NCBI GenBank assembly: GCA_964016885.1
Contig: OZ024740.1
Location: 130,448,001-130,512,000 of the forward strand
DNA length: 64,000 bases
Direction of reading: 5' to 3'
Source: Eledone cirrhosa
Lineage: Eukaryota
The notes below the pieces were generated by a model. That model saw nothing but the letters and a program-made list of their open reading frames with translations, ran no database searches and was not told where the DNA came from. The translations under genes were made by a program, and so were the position numbers. Positions 1 through 13,454 of this stretch are shown here, piece by piece. The first letter of the stretch is position 1. Every line of letters begins with the position of its first letter.

Positions 1-185
<185 letters not shown>

Positions 186-596
186 TTGTAGAGCCAACTC
201 TGTTGAAGGGGATTGACTGCTATTTCTAGTTGTCGAATACCTATTCACGCCACTGAAACGAAACCGCTGTGATGTGTAATATCAACACGTGGTAGCGGCC
301 AGTTTAAGATTTTGACTCGAAGTGTAAACATGGATCGCTTGATATTGTTCTTCCTTGTTGATAATCCAATAATATCCAATTTCCGTGACTTACCATCTGA
401 TTAATTGGTGAAATATATTTCTTTAATGAAATATATACAGGGAAGATTAATCATTAAAAGGTATATATTTTTGAAGTTCTAGTTAACTTTATTTATTTGT
501 TACCTACTAGCCATGCGTGGTTACACGCTTGTAAAATTATCTCCTGTGATTGTTCATGTTTATATTTATTTATATATATGTTGGTCAATTCCTAGT

Positions 597-627
<31 letters not shown>

Positions 628-851
628 TTATATATATATATATATAATATGGAGTTGACGGACCCAGCATATTTATCAATACCAGGACCGGTTGTATATC
701 AACATACTCCATGGGCGATGTAAGATACATTCCCAGAGTATACACAGTTGTATATATATATATACGGAAAAAATGAAACGAAATTTCAATTCTAACTCTT
801 AGTACGTCTGAAAGTACATATCTATGTGTACGTGCATATATATATGTGTGC

Positions 852-925
<74 letters not shown>

Positions 926-940
926 CGTTTCTGAATTTGT

Positions 941-1060
941 TTAGCAAGATTCTTTATCTGAAATCGTGTGTTGAAACCGATATTGTTATACTTTGGGAGG
1001 GTCATGTTGCCAATAAGAAACACACGCACCAGTAGTTTCACTTCAATTTATTATAATAAA
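941..1060 (+). repeat. Fragment of a dispersed repeat, second copy at ~63791-63930
   Basis: tgaaatcgtgtgt(t/c)gaaac..atattgttatactt(t/g)gggagggtcat shared by both loci. Confidence 0.7.
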
Positions 1061-1124
1061 TTTATAAATTTATAAATTTCTGGTTGGTTGGTTGGTTCCA
1101 TAACCAGATAGTTGTTTATATATT

Positions 1125-1167
1125 GTCATAGTTCTTTCGTCACACACTCTGTGACCTCTTCAGTGAC
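1125..1167 (-). ncRNA. Minimal type I hammerhead ribozyme motif (mirror copy)
   Basis: Exact reverse complement of 1423-1465. Confidence 0.8.
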
Positions 1168-1422
1168 TGGGGATTCCTTTCTTTGTTTCTGTGCCTCTCC
1201 TTTGTTCTGTCCTACGCCATTTTGTTTCTGTGTGTTGTGTGCTCAGTCTGCGCATGCGCGACATCCGGGTATCAGTGTGTGTTTATGTTCATTTATTTAC
1301 ATGTTACTGGTTGGTTGTTCTATGTGGCGCATGCGCAGACTAAGCACACAACACACACACAGAAACAAAATGGCGTAAGACAGAACAAAGGAGAGGCACA
1401 GAAACAAATAAAGGAATCCCCA

Positions 1423-1465
1423 GTCACTGAAGAGGTCACAGAGTGTGTGACGAAAGAACTATGAC
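1423..1465 (+). ncRNA. Minimal type I hammerhead ribozyme motif
   Basis: GTCA-CTGAAGA-G-GTCAC(agagtgt)GTGAC-GAAA-GAAC-TA-TGAC: stem I GTCA/TGAC, CUGANGA and GAAA boxes, UH cleavage site. Confidence 0.8.
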
Positions 1466-2482
1466 AATATATAAACAACTATCTGGTTATGGAACCTACT
1501 GTGCGTCTGTATACATATATGTATGTACGTATACATACATACATATATATATATATATATGGGGTGGGGTGGGGTATGCGTCTGTGAGTGTGTGCATGTG
1601 TGTGTGCGTGTGTTTGTGGATGTGTGTGTGTGTAATCAAGTTTTCATCATAATAGTGGTTTTCTACTTTTTCCATATTTTCAGATAATCCATGACCATTT
1701 AGTGTACAGAAGGGTCAATATAATTTACACATGATCGACTCAAATTACTTCAGTTATACACTACACTGATATATGTTGTACTACACATTCACATATTTTT
1801 GATTGGTTGCAATACATATAGTATTTTCCGAATATAGTTCCTAGCGCCTCCGTCAATGTTTCACCATTTGTTGTTTCAGAAATTATTTTCATATCACAAT
1901 ATTTCCGTTTCGGAAAAAGCAAAATTGGGGTGCTGAGCAGGAAATGTATGTAAAGAGCGGTGAAGACATTCCAGTGTGATGATTATATGCCAGTGAGATG
2001 AAAGGTGATTGGTTTAAGGAGAGCAGAAGGATGAAATGCTCAATTAGCATAGTTTGGTATTAACTCGTAGCACTGAGTTAATATATGGCCTATGTCTGAC
2101 ATTCTAACCAGTTTGCCAGGTCGTAACCCGTTTATTCTCTGTTTGTATATCTAATATATAGCAGCCACCATATCATATTTATAAATATTGTACAAATTAG
2201 ATGAAGAAACAAAATAAATCTAAATTCACATAAATGAGGAAAAAGCATAGTGTATAAAATTATATATCCCTCTTCTAGAAATCAACATGATCATAGAAAT
2301 GATACTTCGAGAATTGACTCGTTATCATCAGTGATATTGCTCGTTGAAATGGCAGTGTTAATTTCAAGATCAATTTGTCTAAACAAAATATAATCGTATA
2401 TGTGTTACTGTCGAAGTGCTTCATTTAAATAGCTTTTACTTTCCAAAACTATTTATATATATATATATGTGTGTGTGTGTGC

Positions 2483-3337
2483 GTAAGCGGACGGTACTTG
2501 ATTTAGGAGCCGCAGAAACCCATATACTGGATTTTACCAACCTTCCAGGGGTCCGGGTAAATTTGCAATACCCGAATTACTTGATCGTTTTTTGGGGCTA
2601 TGCGAATGATTGTTTAACCATCGTCTCAGTGTGTTTGGCCTTCAACGTTTGTCATAGCTCTGGTTCATCTGAATCATTGAGCATTTGCCGCACATCTCGG
2701 AGGTTCTTTTTCGTTATTTCGTGGGCCGAAATGCGAATCTCGATAATTCATGTTTGTATTATTCTCCAGACTCTAGCTATTGACCAGTTAATTTTCTTGA
2801 TTTTATATTTGATTCTATTGACTGATGAATAGCTTATGTTAATTTTAACCCTTCTGTTGAGAACTCTATTCGATTTGTGATGTTTTTGCATTCTTACAAA
2901 AATATACACAACTGAATTCATTCGCCTGATATAGGTGTTGCCTACCTTGCCGATCCCCACGTGGGGTCAGCAATAGTCAGTCCTTGTATTAACATTGAAC
3001 TAAAACCTGTTGAGAAAGTGGCTTCCTTGTTCAATCATCTTACCAGAAGACTGACATTATTTATGTAAGCGGATGGTACTTGATTTAGGAGCCGCAGAAA
3101 CCCATATACTGGATTTTACCAACCTTCCAGGGGTCCGGGTAAATTTTCAATACCCGAATTACTTGATCGTCTTTTCGGGCTATGCGAATGATTGTTTAAC
3201 CATCGTCCTCGTGTGTTTGGCGGTAAACGTTTGTTATAGCTCTGGTTCATCTGAATCAATGAGCACTTGCCGCACATCTCGGAGGTTGTTTTTCGTTATT
3301 TCGTGAGCCGAAATGCGAATCTCGATAATTTATGTTT

Positions 3338-3339
<2 letters not shown>
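2483..3339. repeat. ~275-bp direct repeat (2483-2757, 3065-3339), period 582 bp, between microsatellites
   Basis: gtaagcgga(c/t)ggtacttgatttaggagcc...cgataatt(c/t)atgtttgt present twice at high identity. Confidence 0.92.
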
Positions 3340-3386
<47 letters not shown>

Positions 3387-3868
3387 AACGCGCGCGTCTG
3401 TGTGTGTATGTGTGTATAGATATATATATAGATTCATAGATTGCTAGATAGTTTTATAGATTTAAAGTTGAGTGTGTACGTGTATGCGTGTAATATAACC
3501 TTGATATATAACATAGTATGCTAAGGATTTAAATGCACATAATATTTTTTTAATTATATAGAGAATCAGTAAGAACACATTATTAAGATGATGAATGAAA
3601 ATGAGAATAAAAAGGTCTAAATTAATTGGAATCTAAAAAGACAAACTCAAAGATAACTAAGTGAAGAAAAATATTAAGTTATAGAATAGCCTGAACAGGT
3701 ATTAATTAATCACCTTCGAAGATAGTAATTAAAGAATTTGATTAATTCATGATGTAATTATATTGGGGTACAACATTACCACACTATTATTTCAACTAAA
3801 AGCGTTTGAAAGATATCACTGGATTTGTATTTATAGCCCTTATAACAAATAACATTCTCCCTATTATT

Positions 3869-3960
3869 CGGGGTCGATAAAATAAAGTACCAGTAATACA
3901 CTGGGTTAATTGCTGGCCTTGTGCCAAAAAGTAGAAACAATTATTATTATTATTGTTGTT
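3869..3960 (+). mobile_element. SINE 3' fragment with (TTA)n tail
   Basis: ggggtcgataaaataaagtaccagtaatacactggg..gctggccttgtgcc..agtagaaacaattatt matches the fuller copy at 49361-49557. Confidence 0.85.
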
Positions 3961-3961
3961 T

Positions 3962-4880
3962 TTTGAGTCTCAGTCATTGACGTTATTTAACTGGAAAGTG
4001 TGTTGAAATAAATATCAAGCCGTTACCTGCAGCCTCAGCTATTCAGGACTTATCGGAGGGTTCTTGCTGTTCCCAGCAAGTATGCCTTTTGAAGTGTTCC
4101 AAAAAGCGGGGCTGGACTAATCCTCTTTAACCATCCTTGGAAACTGTTTGAGATAGTATCTAGTGCGCCTATGACAATCGGGACGACCTTGACTTCATGG
4201 CAGTTCCAAATCCTTTTAAAAGCCCACTTTAAGTCCTGGTATCGGTTAATTTTGTCCCTCTCCTTTTCTTGCACTCTCCTGTCAAATGGGCTGGCTACAT
4301 CTACAATCAGGCACCATGATCTTTTTTCCTTGTCCAAAACAATCAGGTCAGGGCTATTGTGTTCTACTTTCTTGTCCGTCTGTATCTTAAAATCCCATAG
4401 CACCTTCACCAGATCGTTTTCCATCACCGACTCTCTAGCTTATGCTCTTACCACTTCTCAGAATGTGGTAAATTGTTTACTTTGCATAGATGCCAGCCGA
4501 TCCCTCTGCCTATCACATCATGTCGCTAGCCTTTATAGTGAGTCTAGACTAGGTTTTCACACTCGGATACCATGTGAGCTACAGTCTCCTCTCACTCTCT
4601 ATCTCCATATATCCTACACAGTGAGATAGCCACCTCCTTGTAAATATGGTGTTTCACCCACTTCGATCTGAGAGCTTGCTCTCGCGCAGCCATTAGCATT
4701 CCTTGTGGAGCTTTTTAAGTCTCCTCTTTTGAACCAGCTCCATGTCTGTGGATCTCTAAATTCAGTTTTCCTACAGAAGATACTATGAAGGGATTTTTTA
4801 TGAAGGGTGTTCCACCTCTTTGTTGTTATTTCCTCCTTGGTCATCCCCTCGTATATTGTCTTCTCCTTCAGTACAATTTT
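3962..4880 (-). mobile_element. R4/Dong-type RLE retrotransposon family A, 5'-truncated copy 1 (decayed)
   Basis: ORF 4050-4427 VLWDFKIQTDKKVEHNSPDLIVLDK..IVDVASP..VPIVIGAL = restriction-like endonuclease; 3' end abuts (TAA)n. Confidence 0.9.
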
Positions 4881-4896
4881 TATTATTATTATCATT

Positions 4897-7012
4897 GTTC
4901 TTTGAGTCTCAGTCATTGATGTTAGTTAACTGGAAAGTTTGTTAAAATGAATATCAAGCCACTACCTGCAACCTCAGATATTAAGGACGTTTCGGAGGGT
5001 TCTTGTTGTTCCCAGCAAGCATGCCTTTTGTAGCGTTCCAAAAAGCGTGGCGGGGCCAATTTTTGTAACCATCCCTGGAAACTTTTTGAGATAGTACCTA
5101 GTGAGCCTATGACAAGTCACTTTGACTTCATGGCAGTTCCAAATCCTTTTTACAGCCCACTTTAAGTCCTGGTATCCGTTAATTTTCACCCTATCCTTCT
5201 CTTGCTCTCTCGTGTCGAATGGGCAGGCCACATCCACAATCAGGCACGATCTTTTTTCCTTGTCCAAAACCAACAGGTTAGGTCTATTTTGTTCCAGTTT
5301 CTTGTCCGTCTGTATCCTAAAATCCCACACCACCTTCACCTGATCGTTTTCTATCACCGACTCTAGATTATGCTCATACCACTTCTCAGAATGTGGTAAA
5401 TTGTTTACTTTGCATAGGTGCCAGTGGACGACCCTGCCAATCACATCATGTCTCCAGCCTTTATAGTGAGTCTGGGCTAGGTGTTTACACTCCGATACAA
5501 TGTGAGCCACAGTCTCCTCTCTCTCTCCACAGATCCTGCACAGCGGGCTAGCCACCTCCTTGTAAATATGGTGTTTCAACAACTTCGTTTGAGGGCCTTT
5601 TCTTGCGCAGCCATTATCATTCCTTATGTAGCCTTTTTAAGGTCTTCTATTTTCAACCAGTTCCATGTCTGTGGATCTCTGAATTCAGTTTTCTCAAAGA
5701 ATTTACTATGAAGAGATTTTTCATGAAGGCTGCTCTTTCTCCTTGTTGTCATTTCCTCCTTGGACATCCCCTGGTCTATTGTCATCTCCTTCAGTACTAT
5801 TCTGAGCATTGGCTCCTTACTATCAGTCACGTATGTGTGTAGGTTGATTTTCTCAATCTGAACACAGTCATCTATGCTGATAAGACCACTTCCACCTTCA
5901 GACCTCCTTAAGTAGAGTCTATCGACATCACTCCTCTTATGGAACATGTTGTACATAGTCAATAGCTTCCTAGTGTTTCTATCCATTTCTTTTTGTTCAG
6001 CAACATTCCATCTCAGAATTCCCCCACTGTACCTAATAATGGATACAGCTCGGGAATTTACTGCGCTTATGGCATTTCTGCTGTTCAGATATGACTTCAA
6101 TACGCTTCTTACTCTCCGAATGTATTCAGATTTATCAATTCCTTCATTTTTTTGTTCTTGGTGTCATCAGCCTCCAGAACACCCAAATACTTGTATCCCT
6201 CTTCAGCGTCAATTTCGTTTATCATCTCACCTGTTGGTACCTGGATTCCGTTGCTTCTGCTCAATATAACCCTCTTCATCACAAGGACTCCACACTTTCT
6301 AATACCAAATTGCATACATATATCATTGTGAAAATACGGACAGTGTCAACACGCACATCCAGCTCCTTCTCACTCTTCCCGAAGAGCTTAAGATTGTCCA
6401 TGAAGAGCAGGTGATTGATGGTAACCTCTCCCTTTCCCAACTTGTATCCTGCTCTAACCTTTCGCAGTATAATGGTCAGGGGCATCAGGGCAAAGACAAA
6501 CAACAGAGGAGACAGACTATCTCCCTGGAAGATACTTCTCTTGATCTTCACGCCTTACGAGGATTCTCCAGCTGATGTTAACACTGATTTCCAGGAATTC
6601 ATACTTTTGCCCAACAACTTGGTGATCCAACAATGAGGCACCATATCAGATGCTTTTTGTAGTCTATCCATCCCATGGCAAGACCAGTGTGTCTCCTCTT
6701 GCAATTCCTCATTACCATCTTATCAATAAGTAACTGGTCGTTTGTACCACGTGACTTCTTTCGGCATCCTTTCTGTTCGTCCGGTAACAAGTTGTTTGTG
6801 TGGAGGTGATGGTAGATTTCCTCAGACATAATGCTTATCAACAGTTTCCACATTACGGACAGACATGTGATAGGTCTATAGTTGGTAACATCATTACCCT
6901 TGATTCGGTCTTTCATTACCAGAACTGTGGTACCTTTTGTCAACCACTCTGGTACCTCACCTGACAACAAGCAGTCATTGAACATGGTTGTCAGTTTCGG
7001 GTGGAGGGATGT
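4897..7012 (-). mobile_element. R4/Dong-type family A copy 2 (RT, CCHC, RLE; frameshifted)
   Basis: YRPITCLS, EQKGC, WIDYKK, IFQGDSLSPLLF, HLLFMD, YKYLG, CRICGEREETVAHIVSEC, RHD, RLE; (TTA)n at both flanks. Confidence 0.93.
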
Positions 7013-7034
7013 GATACATTTTTTTTTATTATTA

Positions 7035-7066
<32 letters not shown>

Positions 7067-9425
7067 GGCGACCTACGTAGTAAATCGTATTATCGTGAGC
7101 TCGGCACAGGTTTGTTATTTTCAGTTGTTCAAAATTGCCATTCATGGAAAATGTTATTGTTAACTGTATATATGTACACATAAGATTGGGGCCTTGAGCC
7201 CAAAATTTAAACTTTTATAATTATCAAACAAAAGTTTATCTTTGAAAAATCATGGCTGACTCAGAGTCACTCGTTTCTCACAAACTCGTTTCTAACACCT
7301 CACACCGACACCACGATTGTAAATATTACTACGTTTGCCAACACTATAAAAAATATAAGCCGTAGCAATATTTTAAATTTGTCTCAGGCAGACATTCATT
7401 TCCCGCCATTACCAATGACTGCAGGTGTTAAAACAGCCACCACCACCACCACCATTGACAACCCCCACCCCCACCACCACCGCGACAACAGAAACAAAAG
7501 AAAAAAATATATTAACTCGTGATATCGAAATTAATTCAACCAAAATGAACTCTTCCACACCCAACACCACTGGCGCCACCACCACCACAACTGAAACTAA
7601 AATTAGTAATAACAAAAATAACAATAACAACAACAGCAACAATGACATTAAGTAAAGAAACCCGAGTTTTGCCAGAGTAGCAAAACGGTGCGAATCATTT
7701 CAGGTATGTCAGGAGGAATTAGAAGAAGCCCCCCAAAATGGTAAAGAAAGATGGGTACAGGGTCAGCCTCACCCCACCCCCACACACAACTAATAAAATG
7801 GAGCATCGGTGCCTATGCACCGTGTCTTATCGAACAATTACTATAAAATCGCGCCGAGTGGTTCGGGCATTCGAGTCCCAAATCCAAAAAGCTTTGGGAC
7901 ATGTGTGGGCAACAAAACCCCACATCAGACGTGGGCAGAAATATGGAACCGTGGACGTGTTCTTTGAAACACCATAGGAGGCTAGAGAACACTCCATTAA
8001 GAAGTGACGACTTCACACTCGTACCAAGCTATTGTGGCCAGAGACTCGTAAATATCAGGGTCACCAACGTTCCACCGGCAATCGAAATTCCCTGGGTAAT
8101 AGCTGCCGTCCCCGCCGGCATCGAGGCCAACACCAAGATAATCGAAATAGCGAAAGAAAAGCAGGAGAACTGGTCCGGATAGGGATGGAGCCCCATGATC
8201 CAAGCGGACCAAAAAAGCATTGAGGAGAACCCAGAGCTAATAGACCTCACTGACGGCAGCCACCTCACCGTAATTGTCGAGGGCAGAAGGCGTAGGTGTG
8301 TCGTTTGTGGTGAAGGAAACCACCTAAGGTCTTTCTGCCCTCAGGCTAAAAGGATGAGGCCACCTCTCCTACCCACCACAGTGACTCAAACATCAATACC
8401 AACAGCAGCGGAGATGGCAGCAACAATGGTAGCAGCAACACAGAAGCAACTGTAACAGCAACAACCCTAGCAACAGTAGCAAAACCAACACCACCACCAC
8501 CCAACGCGACAGGACGAGCACCAGCGCCTGCACCATCCGCCATGCCACAACCATAACTAACGCCTGTGGAGGATTTTCCACTCCCCAGCCTATCACAACT
8601 GGAGACAGATTTTGACGACGAGGAGTGGGAAACCGTATCAGGAAAAAAGAAAAAAAGAAACCAAAAAAGAAAAAATTGTCTTCCTTCCCCCTCCAAAAAC
8701 AAAATACAGAGGGAAACAAATAAACTATCAAACAAAAAAGTTAGGACAGGTATGCCACCATCCAAACCAGCATCACCAACCGCATCACCCCAAACACCAA
8801 CACCATCACCATCATTAACACCACCATCACCTACACCACAAAAGTCACCAAAACGCGAAACAGAAACAATCCCACAACAAACACAAACAAAACAACCATA
8901 CTGATACACAATACACAGCATTAAATTTGAACAACAACCAATTATTACACTACATCCAACACAACAACAGCATCACAGAAAAAGACTACACAACAACCCA
9001 AAGGTTTACACCACCTCCACACATACAAAACACTCGCATCACACAGAAAACGTACATGACACTGAAACAAAAATTCCCCAAATATATCGGAGACTTCCGA
9101 CAAGCACTCTCCAGGAGGATTTATAAGGACATCCTTCCCGAGGAGGCCACAAGCAGTGAAAATGATGGAGAAAACGTCCTTCCTCTACGAGAAGTTAGGT
9201 AAGTGGTCTTTCCCATCGTTTCCACTCCATTTCAACATGACCTCACTCAGAATAGGCAGCATAAATGCGCGTGGCTTGGGGTCGTCATGGAAGCAGGGCC
9301 ACCTGCTCAACGACCTCAGGTCACTAAACATAGATGTAGTGGCCATCAGCGAGACCAGAGTCTTCGAAGCACGGGCCTTCGCACCGATCTTCGGCGACTA
9401 CGATGTGTATGCATCTCACAGCCGT
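7067..9425 (+). mobile_element. Tx1/L1-type non-LTR retrotransposon copy 1: 5'UTR, broken ORF1, start of ORF2
   Basis: Starts right after (TTA)n 7026-7066; zinc knuckle CVVCGEGNHLRSFC; ORF2 ATG 9237 MTSLRIGSINARGL..DVVAISETRV = APE endonuclease N-terminus. Confidence 0.88.
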
Positions 9426-9487
9426 GTCTGAGACGGGCGCATGCTACTCGATCCCGGGCAAATGTGTGAAGCTTTTCAGCGACACTT

Positions 9488-10362
9488 CGTGTCTGAGAGC
9501 ACGCAGCCTAGCTCTGACAACGCAGCCTTCGTGCTTTGCATTGAAGAATTGGTCAAGGGCCAATTTCGCCGCAAGTACGTCGGTCGCGATGCCTTTGCTA
9601 AGCGCCTCGTCTAATTTTCTAACTAATTCTGCCTCTGCTCTATTTTTCTCTATTGCTAAAGCCTTACTAAACCGAATAGAGTATGTTCTAATTGCTCTCT
9701 TCAGAGCAAACCACCACTTGTTGTTGACGATGGCCCCCGTCAACGCCGGCTTATCTAGTTCGCTAATCCGGTCTCTGTAGGCTTTGCGCGCTGGTAAGGA
9801 CGCGTTTAGCTTCCAGTAGCCGGGTCCACGTCTATGAATCCTATCTAAGTCAAGCACACAGATCACGAATTTGTTGTCCGTGTAGCTGACTATCTTCAAT
9901 TGTGGACAGCCTATGCTAGACCTATCTATTTCCCTACAAAATACTCTATCTAGATATGATCTGGATGACCCTATGCGATGTGTCCAAGTCCACATTGGAA
10001 CATTCGGGAAATACAATCGGTACCTGTCAGACAGTTAAAAACGCCTGAGCAGGTTGGTGAGACTCTTGCACCATCCTCCCCTATCCGCTAATCCCACACA
10101 GTCCCAGCGTGCATCTAAGATCCCGTTCCAGTCGCCCACTAACATTAAAGAGCGGCACGTTCCAAGAAAGGTCTCCAGACGCCGGAAGAAATCAGGCCAC
10201 CCTGCTCCTGTCGGGGCATTGACGGCCACTAGCCTGAAAGCTTGCCCCTCTCCGCTGGTCACGTCCAGCACCACCAACTTACCTTCTGGGTCCAGGAAGA
10301 TGGCCCGTAAGGCGAGATCCAAACCTCTCCGATCCCGGACGGCTGGGAGATGCGTACACATC
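9488..10362 (-). mobile_element. Inverted Tx1 ORF2 segment (rest of APE endonuclease plus linker)
   Basis: RLVAVNAP, LVGDWN, WTW..SYLDRVF, GPGYWKLNASL; 9490-9795 is the reverse complement of the 20125-20430 region. Confidence 0.88.
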
Positions 10363-12840
10363 ACTCCTCTTGTGGAACATGTTGTAGATAGTCAATAGCT
10401 ACCTAGTGTTCCTATCCATTTCTTTTTGTACAGCAACATTCCGTCTCAGAATTCCCGCACTGTACCTAATAATAGACACAGCTCGGGAATATACTGCACT
10501 TATGGCATTCCTACTGTTCAGATGTGACTTTAATACGCTCCTTACTCTCCGAATGTATTCAGTTCTTATCAATTCCTTCATTTTTTTGTTCTTGATGCCA
10601 TCAGCCTCCAGAACGCCCAAATACTTGTATCCTTCTTCAGAGTCAATTTCCTTTATCATCTCACCTGTTGGTACCTGGATTCCGTTACTTCTGCTCAATG
10701 TACCCCTCTTCATTTCAATGACTCCACACTTTCTAATAACAAATTGCATACATATATCATTGCTGAAAATACGGAGAGTGTCAACAAGCACATCCAACTC
10801 CTTCTCACTCTTCCCGAAGAGCTAAAGATCGTCCATGAAGAGGAGGTGATTGATGGTAAGCCCTCCCTTTCCCAACCCGTATCCTGCTCTCACTTTTCGC
10901 AGTACACTGGGCACAGGGCATCAGGGCAAGGACAAACAATAAAGGGGACAGACTATCTCCCTGGAAGATACCTCTCTTGATATTCACGCTACCCAAGGAT
11001 TCTCCAGTTGATGTTAACTCTGTTTCCCAGGACTTCATACTTTTTCCCAACAACTGTCTGATGTTATCTGCCACCTTGAAGATCTGCAGGCTTTTGGTGA
11101 TCCAAGAATGAGGCACCATGTCAAATGCCTTTTTGTAGTCTATCCATCCGATGGCAAGACCAGTGTGTCTCCTCTTGCAATTCCTCATTACCATCTTATC
11201 AGTAAGTAACTGGTCGTTTGTACCACGTGACTTCTTTCGGCATCCTTTCTGTTCGTCCGGTAACAAGTTGTTTGTGTGGAGGTGATGGTAGATTTCCTCA
11301 GACATAATGCTTGTCAACAGTTTCCACATTACGGACAGACATGTGATAGGTCTATATTTGGTAACATCATTACCCTTGATTCGGTCTTTCATTACCAGAA
11401 CTGTGGTACTTTTCGTCAACCACTCTGGTACCTCACCTGACATCAAGCAGTCATTGAACATGGTTGTCAGTTTTGGGTGGAGCGATGTTATATTTGTAAT
11501 CCGATACCCCTGCACACCATCGGGCCTGGTGATTTCCAGTTGGTTAGTATTTGACCTGCCCCTTAAGAGTTTCAACTGTGATACTCAAATCAGTTTGTTG
11601 GTGTGCCTGTTCACTAATCTCCTTCTGTACTGTCTCAATCCACACTGCCTGGTCATTATGTTTAACATCCTCCTCCCATATTCCTCTCCAGAATGTTTTA
11701 GTTTCTTCCGCCTCAGCGTCAAGTAGTTGCCTCTTTCTTTCCCATCAAGCTGTCCAACAAGCATTGTCGAACATGCGGTTCTGTCTATACTGACTGACTC
11801 TGTTCTCGTATCGCCTGATTTTTGCACTATTTGCTACAATGCGCTGCTTCAGTTCCTCTATGATAATATTTAGCTTTTTCCCGAGTTTTGTACTTTATTT
11901 CCAGTCTATTCTTAGTGTCTATGTTTTTAATGTCCCATTTAGTAGGGACTCAAGCTTTCCAATGTCATTTCTCATTTCCCTGATTTGACCACTCAGTCGT
12001 TTCTTCCACCAGGGTTCTGATCTTTCTTGTCTGTTGTTTCCTCTCGCTTTTATACCAAGTAGTTTCCTCACCGTATTTGCTGTTGCTTTGAGGATATTGT
12101 TGCACTGGTAAAGGCTCCTCGCCTCAAGGTATGGGATGACTTTCTTTACCTTAGCTGTTGTTTCTTTTAACTTGTTCCTGTCTACAAATCTTAGATTCAT
12201 AGGTTTCCCACTATCATTGTTCAATTCATCTACCACTAAGTTTAGGATATCAACCAAATCTTGTCCTAGCCCGTCAGCATTCATCTCCTCAGTGTCCGTA
12301 TCTCTGTTCCAGGTATTATTTATCTCAGCATTCAGATCATTGTCTGCTTCAGGTGGTTCCTCCGTTCTCTCGACCTCTTCACCTTCATTTCCCACTGGAT
12401 CGTTTGCCTGGCATACTCCACTCTCCATCTCTAAGATAATCTCTCTGCTCAGTTCCTCCAGTTCCAGCTCTCTTATCCACCTATTAGTTCTTATTACCCG
12501 AGCCTGCCCGGCCAATTTTTGTTCATCTAATTTAAATAGACTAATCTCGTTCCATATGTTATGCATCCGTTTCCTATAGCCTTTCTCCTTGGGGTTACAC
12601 TTCAGGTAACATTGCATAACAGTTCTATTCAATTTTTTCGTCCAGTTGGTTCTGGTCCCTTTCCTTCTTCTTCTTCCTCCGACACCAGCAGTATTTGGTT
12701 GACAGCCAGGTCCCTGCTGCTGAGCACGGGAGCATCTGCTGGTTGAGAGTCTGTCACATGACATTGTAGTCTCCATTTCACCGTTATTCGAACTGTTTAG
12801 GTTCGACATTTAAACACTCTTATCGAGGATTGGCGCATGT
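10358..12840 (-). mobile_element. R4/Dong-type family A copy 3: 5' part (Myb-like N-terminus to RT), 3' end lost
   Basis: ORF 11919-12809 NWTKKLNRTVMQCY..GYRKRMHNIW..EQKLAGQARVI, PWWKKRL; RT in 10805-11575; duplicates 5930-7012, so a separate copy. Confidence 0.92.
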
Positions 12841-13454
12841 ATGGTTACATAACCACCGGTAATTTCATCACCTCCGGTGATTTCGTCACTCTTGATGATT
12901 TTTGTGTGGCATTATCACGCTGTAGACCAACATAAATAAACAAACAAAAGAACAGGCAACAAAAACCCCAAAAAATGAATAAGCATAAGTTTCATTGTAA
13001 TGTAATGTTTGAATGTCTGACTTAGTTTTTCCCTTCCTTTCCCTGTCTTTCCCTTCCTTTCCCTTCCTTTCCCTTCCTTTACGTCTTTCGTTGTTGCTGT
13101 GCTGCTTTTATTTTTATTTTTATTTTTTTTTTATTTCGACCGGGTCATCAATTCAGTCTATTTATATATTTTGATGCCTTCCTCTTTTAGTGGGTACGCT
13201 ACGATGTAGCAGGGGGTAGCGGGGGAGAATAGCGGCGGTAGTGATAATGAGGCAGTGGTGGTGGTGATGTGATCGCAGTACTGTAGTGATGGTGTTGAAG
13301 TTGGAGTAGAAATAGTGGTTGAGACGACATGACCAGAGTTTACATCGTGTTGGTGGTGAAATTATCTTTAGTTATTTAGTCATTTTGTCGTTTTCCTCCT
13401 TTTCGTCTCTAACATTCCTGATCTAAAATTAAATATTAATCTTGTTTATTAATA

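Larger units (their letters stand above)
1094..1496. mobile_element. 403-bp fold-back element: ~170-bp inverted arms, each with a hammerhead motif (Penelope pLTR-like)
   Basis: ggttccataaccagatag... at 1094 is the reverse complement of ...ctatctggttatggaacc ending 1496; arms nearly identical, ~60-bp spacer, no credible ORF. Confidence 0.9.

Noticed and set aside
2818-2875. ctgatgaatag..ctattcga on the + strand as a hammerhead
   Set aside because: No GAAA box or stem I/III pairing
4171-12746. Plus-strand ORFs overlapping the R4/Dong copies
   Set aside because: Antisense shadows of the minus-strand retrotransposon ORF
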